DNA of 64,000 nt, taken from assembly GCF_001194135.2 (NCBI RefSeq), contig NC_069000.1:586301-650300 (forward strand), given 5' to 3'. The stretch comes from Octopus bimaculoides (taxonomy: Eukaryota). The position numbers and the translations under genes are program-made. The notes beneath the pieces were generated by a model that was given only the letters and a program-made list of their open reading frames with translations, had not been told where the DNA came from and made no database searches. Positions 1 to 12,000 of this stretch are shown here, one piece after another (within the stretch, counting starts at the first letter, position 1; every line of letters starts with the position of its first letter).

Positions 1-500
1 CCCAACTCTTCGATTATTTCTGTCTTTGGACACAATTGAAAAACCCAGCCTCTCCCCTATTCTCTCGCTCCCACATCATCTTAAAGTTGCTCGTTCAGCC
101 AAGACAGACGCCGCTCCTTCGGTGACCGTGAAATCGCAGAACTCGCCTCAGATTCTTCTCGTCTGCCATCACACTTCATTATCTGATGCGCTGATATCTC
201 TCCATGAATATCCATCATGTAACAGGGTATCAATCAACCTCCACTTTACCCACTGGGACGTACACCTTCGATCTGAATAGATTCAAGTCCGTCCTCTCTT
301 CCAGCACCAGCTGATACTATGTTCGAATGTCTCATTGGAACACAACTCCCTGGGACACTATTTCCTCCACCTGGACTGTCTGAGGCAACATTTCGTACCA
401 GAACACTGCTTCCATCGGGACGATATACCTTCTTTCGGCTATGGCTTTGATTGTTCAACAGTGTTTCTCTGTTTCCATTTGCATTCAGCCTATGCGCTGC
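1..500 (-). mobile_element. Possible decayed retroelement ORF (gag-like), unclassified
   Basis: GC-richer, stop-riddled minus-strand frame starting METEKH just after CTACA-AGGCGCTAC (LTR-end / PBS-like). No diagnostic motif. Confidence 0.25.
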
Positions 501-515
501 TCTAAAGTAGCGCCT

Positions 516-1015
516 TGTAGGGCACTGCCGGCTAGCTAGGGAGCTGGTCTGCAGCGAAGTTGGAGGTGACTGTCGCCCTCGTGTGTTTAACTAAATAAAT
601 CTTTCACCAACACATTCCGGGTCTCTGTTAATTTTCTTTTTTGTGTGTGTGTAGGTTAACTAATGAAAATGAAACGAAACGAAAACCTTGCGGCGACAGC
701 AGCGGACCCCACCACCGAAGAGCAACAGCTTTCGCTTCGTACAGCGAAGTAAGCAGACATGCTGGCTGTCCATCTAGGTGTCCGCCACTTTCGCTATTTT
801 CTTGACAGCCGCACGTTTAAAGTGTTCAGAAACCTCTCACCCTTGCTATGAGCAAGCTCTGAGAGCCTTGGTTTGCACGCCTGCAACGATAGGCCATTGG
901 CCTGGAAAGGGCAACCTAGTCGCTGACGCGCGCTCTCGATGCCCCACCTGCTCTCACACCTACCTAGTCCCAATAACGGAAGACGGGGATTACGAAGCTA
1001 TAGCTGCAGACGGCA
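516..1015 (+). mobile_element. Degenerate Ty3/Gypsy remnant (LTR-like start plus RNase H / connection fragment)
   Basis: Frameshifted translation YS..SR/LAVHLGVRHFRYFLDSRTFKVF ... IGHWPGKGNLVADARSR ... DYEAIAAD matches Gypsy RNase H (ELLAV..VRHFR.FLEGR.F; H.PGK.N.VADALSR). TGTAG at 516 and AATAAA near 594 are LTR-like. Confidence 0.72.
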
Positions 1016-1264
1016 TACAAAGATAGAAAACAAAGATGTGTCGGAGACAAACAACGGGCATCTATTGCAGGGGAGGGGGTTCCATACTGCTGTGATTACG
1101 AATGTAAAGTTAATAATGAAAAAGTGTTATGAGTTTAAAATTTTTAATGAGTATGAAGTTAAAATTAATTCATATATAAATTTTTCTCCCGGGAAAATTT
1201 CAACCCGCTAGATTTGAACCTTCGTTTTTTCCTTATTTGGGGCCAAAAAGAAATTGTTTCCCTC

Positions 1265-1690
1265 CTTCTTCTTCATTGACCGGCTACACCAGCACGGCCC
1301 ACGCTACGAGGCAGGTCCTTCCTCTCCAGACGGATCTTCCTCACGAGGTGGAAGTTGAACCGGCTTTCCAATCCCTGTCCGGAGATTAAGTAACCTGTCT
1401 CAGTCCCTTTTTCCGCGTGTCCTCCACACTGTCTCTTTCAGTATGGCTACTACGCAGAAGAAAGCTGCCTGCCTTTCCTTGTTAAGAAGGTGGGGAGGCG
1501 GTACAATCTTAACTACGGACTCAGTGGAGAGCCGTACTCTTTCCCATCCGACATCAGCTACCAACCATCTCCACGGCACCCTTTGTTTAGATCCTCTTCT
1601 CTCGAGCAATTACTGGTCCAACCCCATCAAAGCCCGAAACTGAACCAGTTCAGCTTTGGACATCACTTCAAAGCTGTGTTTATTCCCTTC
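1265..1690 (-). mobile_element. 3' fragment of an L1/Tx1-like LINE ORF2
   Basis: Minus-strand translation VRLSTESVVKIVPPPHLL...FFCVVAILKETVWRTR/KGL...FNFHLVRKIRLER resembles the C-terminus of Tx1-like ORF2 seen in octopus repeats (recalled, not searched). Confidence 0.55.
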
Positions 1691-1949
1691 CAAGTGGCGT
1701 CCATTTCACCTACATTTATATCGTTGTTATGTTGTGTGATTCCGGTTGAGCTGCACATTTTCTGGTAAATTTAGTCTTTAAAATTAAGACTCACTCTGTA
1801 GGGTCCCTTTCTCTGGTCAGAGGAAAAAGGGTAGCCGATGGATATTGAAAAGGAGGCAGAGAACTTGCCATAGTTAATAGAATTCAGAGGGTTTTAAAGG
1901 CTTTCGCATTTGGTCAACAACACGGCAGAAACGAAAAGAAAAAAAATTC

Positions 1950-2649
1950 TGTTTGGTTTATCGTTAAAGTGTGTGTGTGGGGCGGGGCGGATAATGTGAA
2001 ACAAATTACTAATACGAGGTGGGGGTCGGGGTGTATTCGTTAGTTGAAGCCCTCCTGCCCGACACTGGTATTTATTTGGTTTAATGATTAATCCAGCGCT
2101 GTTAATAATTAACTAACTTTAGTAATTTACTCTCTCTCTCACACACACAAACGCGCGCACGTGCGCACACATTTGAGGTTTGCAGAAAGCATAAAATTAA
2201 TTAGAAATAATTACATGCCGAAGAGGCGGGGGATCTATATTAATAAATAATATTTTAATTACTATTTCGACAAATACGGACAACAACGGTAAGATATGTT
2301 TCAGGCAAGTCAAGTTGGGAGGTTGATAATAAAATATGTTTTACATCAGCGACCCGACCCGACGTGTGTATCTAGGATTTATTTGAACGACGCTCTCCCA
2401 TTTCCATGACACCGGTTGCACAGCATATGCAGTAACGTAAAACTTGTTTTTACCGTACACCGGTCGACATATTTTCCCATGTGACGATATATATATATAC
2501 AATATATATACATATATACACACACACTTCTGATCAACCCACATGTAGCAGATAACGAAACCATGCATTAAAAGGCCGTTTTTTCTTCTTTCTAATAATT
2601 TTAAGACTTCGTTTTATTTAAACTGTTTCAGAAGTTGTGCAAAGGAAAG
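1950..2649 (+). promoter_or_regulatory. Probable PPOX promoter / 5' region
   Basis: CpG-retaining stretch just upstream of the ATG. Tandem GC boxes GGGGCGGGGCGG at 1979-1990; palindrome GCGCACGTGCGC at 2155-2166. Confidence 0.45.
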
Positions 2650-2733
2650 ATGAGTACTGCCGTAGTTTTAGGGGGAGGCATAAGTGGATTGTCTGCTGCC
2701 TATTATTTACGCAACATACCGAAATTTTCCAAA
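2650..2733 (+). CDS. PPOX: PPOX coding exon 1 (MSTAVVLGGGISGLSAAYYLRNIPKFSK)
   Basis: ATG at 2650, GxGxxG dinucleotide-binding motif, donor AAA|gtaagt at 2734; phase 0. Confidence 0.95.
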
Positions 2734-5700
2734 GTAAGTGTTGTTCGTTTATTCGTGTTTCACTATTTCGCTGGTCTCCTCTTTATCAGTCGATCTATCG
2801 CTAAATAGTTCAATAATAATAAGATCAACCTATCTACGCGTAATGGCCATCTTTCTAGAAGCAATATATAGTATTGTTTAACCACAGGTCAACCATGATC
2901 CAGCAGACCTGTGAACAGTGACGTTCCAGCCGTGTCATTCTCGTTTATTTATTTATTTATTTTTTAATCAGGTGTTATCCGGGATTGCATTAAGCTGTCC
3001 TTCCTCTCTTGAAGATCGTAGTATTATGATCTGGGAGCAACTGACTGATATTTCGTTAGTGTCGAACAAAATGCCGTATTTTAAGATCTATAAAATGAAG
3101 CACCGGTGGGTATTGTTTGACCCCGATCTGCGCTGAGAGTGCGTCGACCTATATGATCAAAGAGATTCTCGGTTATATAATCCGTCTCGTTTATGTTTTT
3201 GTCATCTCGTTCTCTTTCCATTTATTTCAAGAAGGCAGGATGTGATTTGAGGAAGGTTTAGTTGTTATTTCCAGTGGATCAAGGTTCTCTTGTTGATTCG
3301 GTGAGTCACTAGAAGTAGGATAGGTATATTAATCGCTATATTTACCCCTCTTTCTAAAGAAAAAAAATCACTGTGGATAAATGCCAGCAATGACCTTCTC
3401 AGTTTTCTAAATTATAAACAGAAATAATGGGGGGGGGCGGGGAATGGGGTTGAAAAAATCATAAATTTTCAATTTTTTTTTNNNNNNNNNNNNNNNNNNN
3501 NNNNNNNNNNNNNNNNNNNNNNNNNNNNNNNNNNNNNNNNNNNNNNNNNNNNNNNNNNNNNNNNNNNNNNNNNNNNNNNNNNNNNNNNNNNNNNNNNNNN
3601 NNNNNNNNNNNNNNNNNNNNNNNNNNNNNNNNNNNNNNNNNNNNNNNNNNNNNNNNNNNNNNNNNNNNNNNNNNNNNNNNNNNNNNNNNNNNNNNNNNNN
3701 NNNNNNNNNNNNNNNNNNNNNNNNNNNNNNNNNNNNNNNNNNNNNNNNNNNNGAATTTTGCGAAACTCCTCTCCCCAGCCTTCCGCAAGAATTTTTGGTA
3801 ACAAATCTCTATAAACTCTGAATCTACAGCATTTAAGTAGTATTTGTTGAAAATTTCGTTAAAAAGTATCCATTTTTCTGGAAGTTATGAGGCAACAAAG
3901 TCGGTGGTGGATCCCCGTCTGCCGTTATGACAGACTTGTTAGGTTATTCGAGTTGGTTTAACCCGCCAGACAAAATGCCAACATTTCGTCTATCTTTTTA
4001 CGTTCTGAGTTCAAATGCCACCAAGGTTGACTTTACCTTTCATACTTTCAAAGTTGATGAAATAAGGGACCAGTTGAGCAAAATTTCAGGTTATGTGATG
4101 ATTATTATTATTATTATTACTATTATTATTATTATTACTATTATTATTACTATTATTATTATTATTATTATTATTATTAAGGTGATGAGCTGGCAGAATC
4201 GCTAGCACACTGGGCAAAATGCCTGGCGGTATTTCGTCTGCGTTTTACCTTCTGAGTTCAAATTCCGCCGAGGTCGACTTTACCTCTCATCCTTTCAGGG
4301 TCGATAAAATAAGTACCAGTTGAGCACTGGGGTCGATGTAATCCCCACCTCCCCTCAGCTGCCTTTGAAATCATTATTATTCTGTCAGGTGGTGAGCTGG
4401 CAGAATTGTTAGCACACTGAAGTGAAATGCTTGGCAGTATTTTGTCCGTCTTCAACCTCCATCAAGGTCAGTTTTGCCTTTCATCCTTTTGGGGTCGATA
4501 AATTAAGTACCAGTTGAACACTGGGTTGATGTAATCGACTCTCCTCCTCCCCACCAAATACAATGACATATATATATATATTCAACAGTGAATAAACACC
4601 ATTGTCCTCTTCTACAGTGAACATCATATGTTCTGGGTGAGTGCTGCACTGAATTACAACTCCCTAATTGTAATTCAGCTTGAAATCAGAGTAAAGTCAT
4701 CTGGTTGGTTGGTTGGCTGGTTGGATGCCTGCACAAGAACCTAAACATTGTATTTCGACAAGAGAAATAGGTTCAGCACAGCTGCACATCCTACAATAAT
4801 AAACACGATAGGTCCCTAATAGGGAGTTGCTGGACATGATTCTTGACATTTTTAATTCCATTAGTTGATACGTGGAAGAATAGAAATCGTGAATTTGGTA
4901 GAAGTTACAGTTTGTCTGTTGACTTCCGTATTCAAGTGTTGGGTGTGCAAATATAGGCAGGTTGTGCAAGTGACAATAAGCTTGAAATAGATGAGAGGGT
5001 GGGTCCTTGTGGTAGTACGGCAGGGAATTATAAATCTTTGGTGGTTCTTTTACATAATCTTGGCGATCTAAGCATTTGAATAGAACCCCAAATCCAAAGA
5101 AGCTGTGTCTTGGATCTGAGAGAAAGGCAGTTGACTAGTGTTTACCTAAAATATCTACTTAGAAGCAGATGTGCTTAAGTCCTGTAAAGTTTGTCTCTAT
5201 TTAACTCACATAATTTGACAGAATATTTAAAAACTGTTATTGTTGTTTGGGAAAAGAATTTTCCATACAAACTGGTTTCTATAGGGTGTTAGTGTCAACA
5301 CACTGCAATTTAACTGGCTGCTGCTGTTAATGATAACATTAATCCTTTCTACTGTAGGCACAAGGCCTGAAATTTTGTGGGGAGGGGGATAGTCAATAAC
5401 ATCGAACCCCAGTGTTTCACTGGTACTTCATTTATTAACCCTGAAAGGATGAAAGGCAAAGTCAACCTTGGCAGGATTTGAACTCAGAATGTAAAGACGG
5501 ATGAAATGCCTCTAAAAGCATTCTGTCAGGCATGCTAGCGGTTCTTCCAGCTTGCTGCCTTAATGATAATAATAATGATAATAATGGAGCAAAGATAATT
5601 CACAAACATAACATGGCAGTCTCGGTTTAGGATGTGTCGTATAGCCAACTGGAGACGATGTCTCCTGGGGGCTAAATTACAGCAACATTCGTCCTAAACC

Positions 5701-8700
5701 AGGACTGTTATGTTATGTTGGCAAACAATCTTTACTCCAAAGTTCTGTTGCTGAATATCTCTTGTTGTGAGATTTGCAAATGGTAATTTTATGATAATAA
5801 TGGTTTTACAGCAATTTCGGGGGATGTAAGACAAAGGTGACCTCAGCAGAATATTATTAATAATCTCAATAAATATAATGATTTCTTTTACCAAAGCAAT
5901 ATTTGACTGTTCTAGTTTTTGATAGATGCATGGTGGGAGCACTGTAAATTGAATCAACTCCAACAGATTACCGGTACTTGTTATACTGACTTTGGAGAAA
6001 TGGAAACAGAATTTGAACAGAAAAAAAAATGGAAGAGGAGAGAAAAGTCAATATTGTTCATAGCAATGTCTGTGATGTAGCTAACTAAAACTCTTGAAGG
6101 TTCTATACTCCAGCATGACCACAGTCCATTGTGTGTGTGTGTGTGTTTACAATTATCTGTTTCGAAAGATCTTAACACTGTTTACTTGCAGGTGCTGCTG
6201 TTGGAAGGGAACAAGCAGTTAGGGGGCTGGCTGAACACAACTCAACATTCGGATGGTGCTACATGGGACCACGGTCCTCAAAGTATTCGGGCAACAGGCA
6301 AAACAGCTTACAACACACTGACCCTTGTGAGTAGCTTTCTGGTCAACCAGTTTGTCCATTATGCTGTATCATCATCATTTGATTTATACTCTATAAACTG
6401 ACATGTTGATAACTGGATTGGTGGGGGGGGGGGGGGGGTGGATAAAGAGGTAAATGGGTGCAAAGTTTATTATAGCTAAAGAATCTGAGGAATTGGCATA
6501 ATCTACATTAAACCCTTTTATTATCAAATATTTCTGTTGAGATCCACTTGTTGATTAATTTTGAAAATAAGGAAGAATTTAGTAAAATAATCTTGTCATT
6601 ATTAAGTTATTTCGCTGGTGTTTGGAACATGAATTTACATGAAATTTAATGGAAGATATCTAGCGCCCCCCCCCCCAACTTGGATGAAATTGCATCGTGA
6701 GGAAGGTGGATGGGAGGTGTGAAATTACTTTGTTAAAACTGCTCTTGCTTTTTGCGTATGTCTATGTTAATAACTGTCAATTTTACAGATGCACGAGCTT
6801 GGTTTAGAGAATGACATCCTTCCAGTGAATGCTTCCCATCCTGGAGCTGCTAATCGATTCATTTACTACAACAACCAAGTAAATGCACTTCCAAACAGTA
6901 AGCTTCTATCGTTCTGTTTAACACTATTATACATTAGTGATTCCCTCAAGGGGTTGATAGTTTATAACTTTTAAGTAAATCTTTCTTTAAATAGTGTGAC
7001 TGTATCAAGTACATTTTGCAAAAACTTGAAGATATATATCTGTAAACATATATGTATATCTGTATACACAGTATTATCTACTTGTAGGTTTATTGGGAAT
7101 TCTTAAAAAGCCCCCTTTTCTGTCTCATTCCTTACTTTGGAGCATTCTGAAGGATCTGACCACCAAACGTGCATCACCTGAGGCAGAAGAGACAATATAT
7201 GACTTTATCAACAGGCGCTTTGGGAGTGAGGTTTGTTACCTTTATATATATCTATGTATGTGGGGAGAGAGAGAGGAATATTTGGTACTTTTATGGTTTA
7301 TATATAAGTATTTTAAAGTTAAAACTTTATGCCAGTGATAATGGATTCAGTCTACTGCTTGAGAATGGCAAGCATCTTTCTGACAGGCTTCATACAGTTT
7401 CCATCTATCAAATTTCATTTGTAAGACTTTGATCCACAGAAAGCTATGACAGAAGATACTTGCTCAAAGTACCACATAGTAAGATTGAACCTGGAACCCT
7501 GTTGTTTGCCAGATGAAATTCTTAATGATGCTCTGTTCTCATCTGATCCATTTATTATTCTGTTCCAAATTAGAGTTTCCCAGATATTTTAGTATTTCTT
7601 TAAATATCTTTGGTGACTCCTACCTTGCCCAGCCATAGCTAAAATCTTTTAACAGTCAATCAATAAATTACACTTTGATCTTTGGACAGGTTGCTGATGT
7701 TTTGATAAATTCAATGTGTCGTGGTATATTTGCTGGAGACATCCGTCACTTGAGTCTGCAAGCATGTTTCCCTTATCTTCACGACTTGGAGAAACAATAT
7801 AGATCTCTGGTAATTGGCACTTTTAGAGGTAAAAAACCATTTTTTTAATCTTTTTTTTTTCTCTTCCTTTGACATAATTTTGTCTTTATTGTGATGTAAG
7901 GGAGGGCAAGTTCCCTTGTTGGTCTCCCTGAGATACAATGTAATGTTTTTGAGATTTTGTGAAGTGTTGAATAATGAGATTGCTTTGTGGAATAGAAATT
8001 GTACCATACAATTCTATATTTAAGAGATGAGGAATTATGTACATTATTTACATTTGACAGATATTTGTCTTGGGGAAATTTCTCCAAGACACCTGATGAA
8101 GGCTGGAGGGTATATCAACGGAAACGTTGTGTTAACAACAAACAAGATGAGGACAAATATCTGTCCACAATATTTGAATTATTCAAAATGTCACAAACCT
8201 GTTTTTGTGCTTTAATGGTCCTGGTGCAGATCCTCACTTCTCTCCTTCAATTCCAGACTTTACTTGAGATGCAACAACACAGCATCCATCTTAAACTTAA
8301 GTCAGACCTTAATTTGTTCAAGAAATATCAACTGCATTTATCTTACCTGTCTTGGAGGCTCTGTGAAGGCCATGGACACAGTTGCTACCTCTGCACCAAA
8401 CCATGAAAATTAAAGAAAAAATATGAACAAAAGTCTTTTTGTATATCTGTAACTAGATTGTTGAATGTATCATGTCCTTATTTTAAGAATGAAAGGTGTG
8501 GTTTGAAGAAGATTTGGCTGCTGTTTCTAGCTGGGTGAATGACCATATACAGGCTCTCATCATTGGTTCGCCTTTTCTATTGCTATTGTTGGAATAATCA
8601 TTCAAAAAAAATGGCATTATAATTGTTTGTTCTTGTTTTTTTTTTTTTAATTAGATAAGGAAGAAGTTGACGATAGCTGCCCTTTAATTAAGAAGGCTCG

Positions 8701-8968
8701 GGCAGAAAATTGGCGTTTGTACTCCTTGAAGAATGGTTTGCAGCAGCTTGTGGAAACTATGGGAAAAGTTGTGTCCAATGACCCAAAATGTGAGGTGAAG
8801 ACAAATAACCCTGCTACCAAAATAATTCTGGCATCAGGTAAAGCAAAGGTGAGTTACATCCAGATTTTGTAGAATTCATTAAAAGATATTACTAGGGGTC
8901 AATGCAATCAGCTTTCCCCTCCCCCAAAATTGCTAGTCTTGTGCTGCCAAAATTTGAAATTATCATCA

Positions 8969-9005
<37 letters not shown>

Positions 9006-12000
9006 GTAGCAAGCTGGCAGAATTGTTAGACAAAATATTTCGTGGCATTTTTTCTGGTACTCCATGTTCTGGGGTCAACTTTGCTTTTTATTCTTTTGAG
9101 GTTGATCAAATGAAATGCCGTTCACTTCCCTAGGCTTGCTTGCCTCCCCACCCTGCTAAAAATGCCCAGCCCTTGTGCCTGTAGTAGAAAGGATTTTTAT
9201 TTTTTTAGTAGTTTCCTGTGAATTCCTGCTGCACTCCATCTTTGTGATGTGTTGAGCAACATTCTCTACTGGAAAATGTACAACTGTGTTTATAAGTATT
9301 ACATCCGATTGTTTAACCCCAGGTCCAACAGACTTATGATTAAACGTGTTCTTTAGTCAAACATGAAACACCCGCAATCGATACTCAACTTACAAGTTGT
9401 GATAACAATGGCTTGTTTTTTTTTTCTGCCTTTAATTGTCTGCTATGACCCCGCACCCCCAATGCGTGGCCATGTGGCAACGTTGAAACTTAATAATTAT
9501 TCATTAATTAATCATTTTGTTTACCCCAGGTTCACACCAAGGAAGAGTCATTTGAAGCTGATCATGTCTTCTCTGCCCTTTTTGCTGGAGGTAGGGATTT
9601 CTAAAAGTTATTTCTCTCTTTCTCCTCTATCAACGTCCCCTTCTGTTTTCATGAGTGGGGGGTCACAAAAGATTAGCCACTGTTGATTGCATTGGCCAAT
9701 CCACTCTCACTATTCACTCCTATTTGTCTGGGTCAGCAACTTCATTACATTTGACATTAAAGTTTATAACAAGCAAGCGAAACCTTCGGCGATATGCCAT
9801 GCTTTAGGAGACCTGTCAAGCCAAATGCCAGTGTTCCATAACTGGCACCTGTGTTGGTGGCATGTAAAGAGCACCCAGTCCACACTCTGTAAAGTGGTTG
9901 GCATTCAACTGTAGAAACCATGCCAGGTCAGACTGGAGCCTGGTGCAGCTCACCAGTTTTCAGGTGAACAGTCCAACCCATGCCAGCATGGAAAGTGGAC
10001 ATTAAATGACAATGAAGCATGGTTTCAGGTTCAGTCCTACTGTGTGACACGTTGGGCAAGTGTCTCCTACTTTAGTCCCAGTCAGATCAATACCAAGGGA
10101 GAAAACCTGGTAGATGGAAACTGAAAGAAGTCAGCCATGTGTGAGAATGTTGACAATCTGCAATAATGTTACCGATTGTGACGGGGCTACAACTGGTGAC
10201 CTTACTTGACACTTCCTGCCAACACATCTCCCACCAGTTCTGCTTTCTAATTCCTCTGGATTTGAAATTCCCTCACTTGAAAGGTTAGGGTTGGTGACAG
10301 GAAGAGCATCCAGCCATAAACATTCTGCCTCAAGTACCTCCTAGTCTAACTCTTACTTGCATGGAGAAACAGACATTAAACAAACATCCAATCAGATCTG
10401 GATTGACTTGGGAAATGGGTCTCTTGTAAAGCTTCTCCATCATGATGAGGGTCTGTAGTTTTATTTTGGAGATACAAAAGACTGGCCAGTGGTGTATTTC
10501 TATTAGATTCATACAGGATCCACAATCAGTAAAGTCAGTAGAGCATTGTATAGAGTGTCTTGTGCTATTTGTTCCACTTCTCTGTGCTCTGAGTTCAAAT
10601 CCTGCCAAAGGCAACTTTGCCGCTTGTCCTTCTGGGGTTCATAAATAAAATAGTGGTCAAGTACTGTGAATGATTTTCTCTCTGCCAACTGATTGCATTG
10701 TGTTGCATGAAGGGTCTTAGGAGGCCAATCACAGAAATCACCCTTTTCACCAGAAATGGAGAAAGTGTTAAACGAAGGGTTAGTCACCTCTCGTCATAGA
10801 AACACTGACATGGTCCTGGAACCATTCAAAGACAAACTGATGTACAATAAAAAAGGGAAAACTGTTCAAATAGGTGTTAGCTTTCTTCAATAGTAATTCT
10901 GCCGTCTGTATAGCATTAATTATTTTTTTATGATTTAATTAAGAGAAGGCCAATAGCCTCTGAGTTTAGTTGGGGCTAGGACCTCAGAAATTGGTGAGAA
11001 GAGGGGAAAGAAGATATTCTCAGACCATAGAACTAGAGGAATGAATGCAACAAAAGTTGACTCAACTAAAAAGACCCAAAGTGCTTGGCAGTTGTCTTAA
11101 ATGAGGCAAACGGTTACAGATCATCCGATGAACTTTTGCACATTTCCTGTCTACTTAGTTTGCCTCATCCATTTTACTTTTCAGATTTAAAAGGTTTGCT
11201 CAGTGAAGACCCGAAACCCCTTTGCCAAAACCTGGGCCTCATTCCAGCTGTTAATGTTGTTGTTGTCAATCTAGAGTTTGAGGATAATGTCTCCACTTTG
11301 AAGGTAACAATTTGTTTCTCTCTTAAAATCTATTGCTTCAAAACTAAACAGAACATTCTGATTTATGATTCAGTAAACACCTGAAAGAGGGCCACAAATC
11401 ACCAAGTCAGACTGGTAGCAGATTCCAAGCAGTTTTGTATTATTTGGGTGTAGAACTGGGAGTTAAACAAGAACAACTTGAAAAAAGATATGGCAAAATA
11501 AGGTTTCTCTGTGGTCTGAAAATATGCTAGAATTAGCAGCCAACAACTTGTCAGGTTATATTGTCTTGGGTTCCCTGAACATTAGGAAAAGACTGGATAG
11601 TCATGGCTGGAATACTTCTGTTCAACCAAGGCTGACCAAGGACTAAATAACAACAAAAGCTAAAAATACTTCACTATGACTGTATACTTCTTGTATATTC
11701 TTCAAATTCAATATTCATCATCTGCCAAAATTGGCCCTTGGGGGCCTCATTAATCTTCCTTTCTTTGATATCTTTGACAGGGATTTGGACATTTGTTACC
11801 ATCAAAAGAGAGCCGACATTTCTTGGGCATCATCTATAACTCGTGTGTGTTTCCGGCTCATGACCGATTAGATTCACCTTCGACAAGGTTTACTGTAAGT
11901 TTTCTAGTTTTAATATATTTTCTTTCGTTACTTTTTTGAAACATTTTTCTGGAATATTTCCAGAAAAATCAATGGAATCAGTAAAAAAGTTGGACAAAAT

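Noticed and set aside
3459-3804. ORFs spanning N-gaps (also at about 44.2-44.6, 45.3-45.7 and 55.7-56.7 kb)
   Set aside because: Open only because Ns contain no stop codons.
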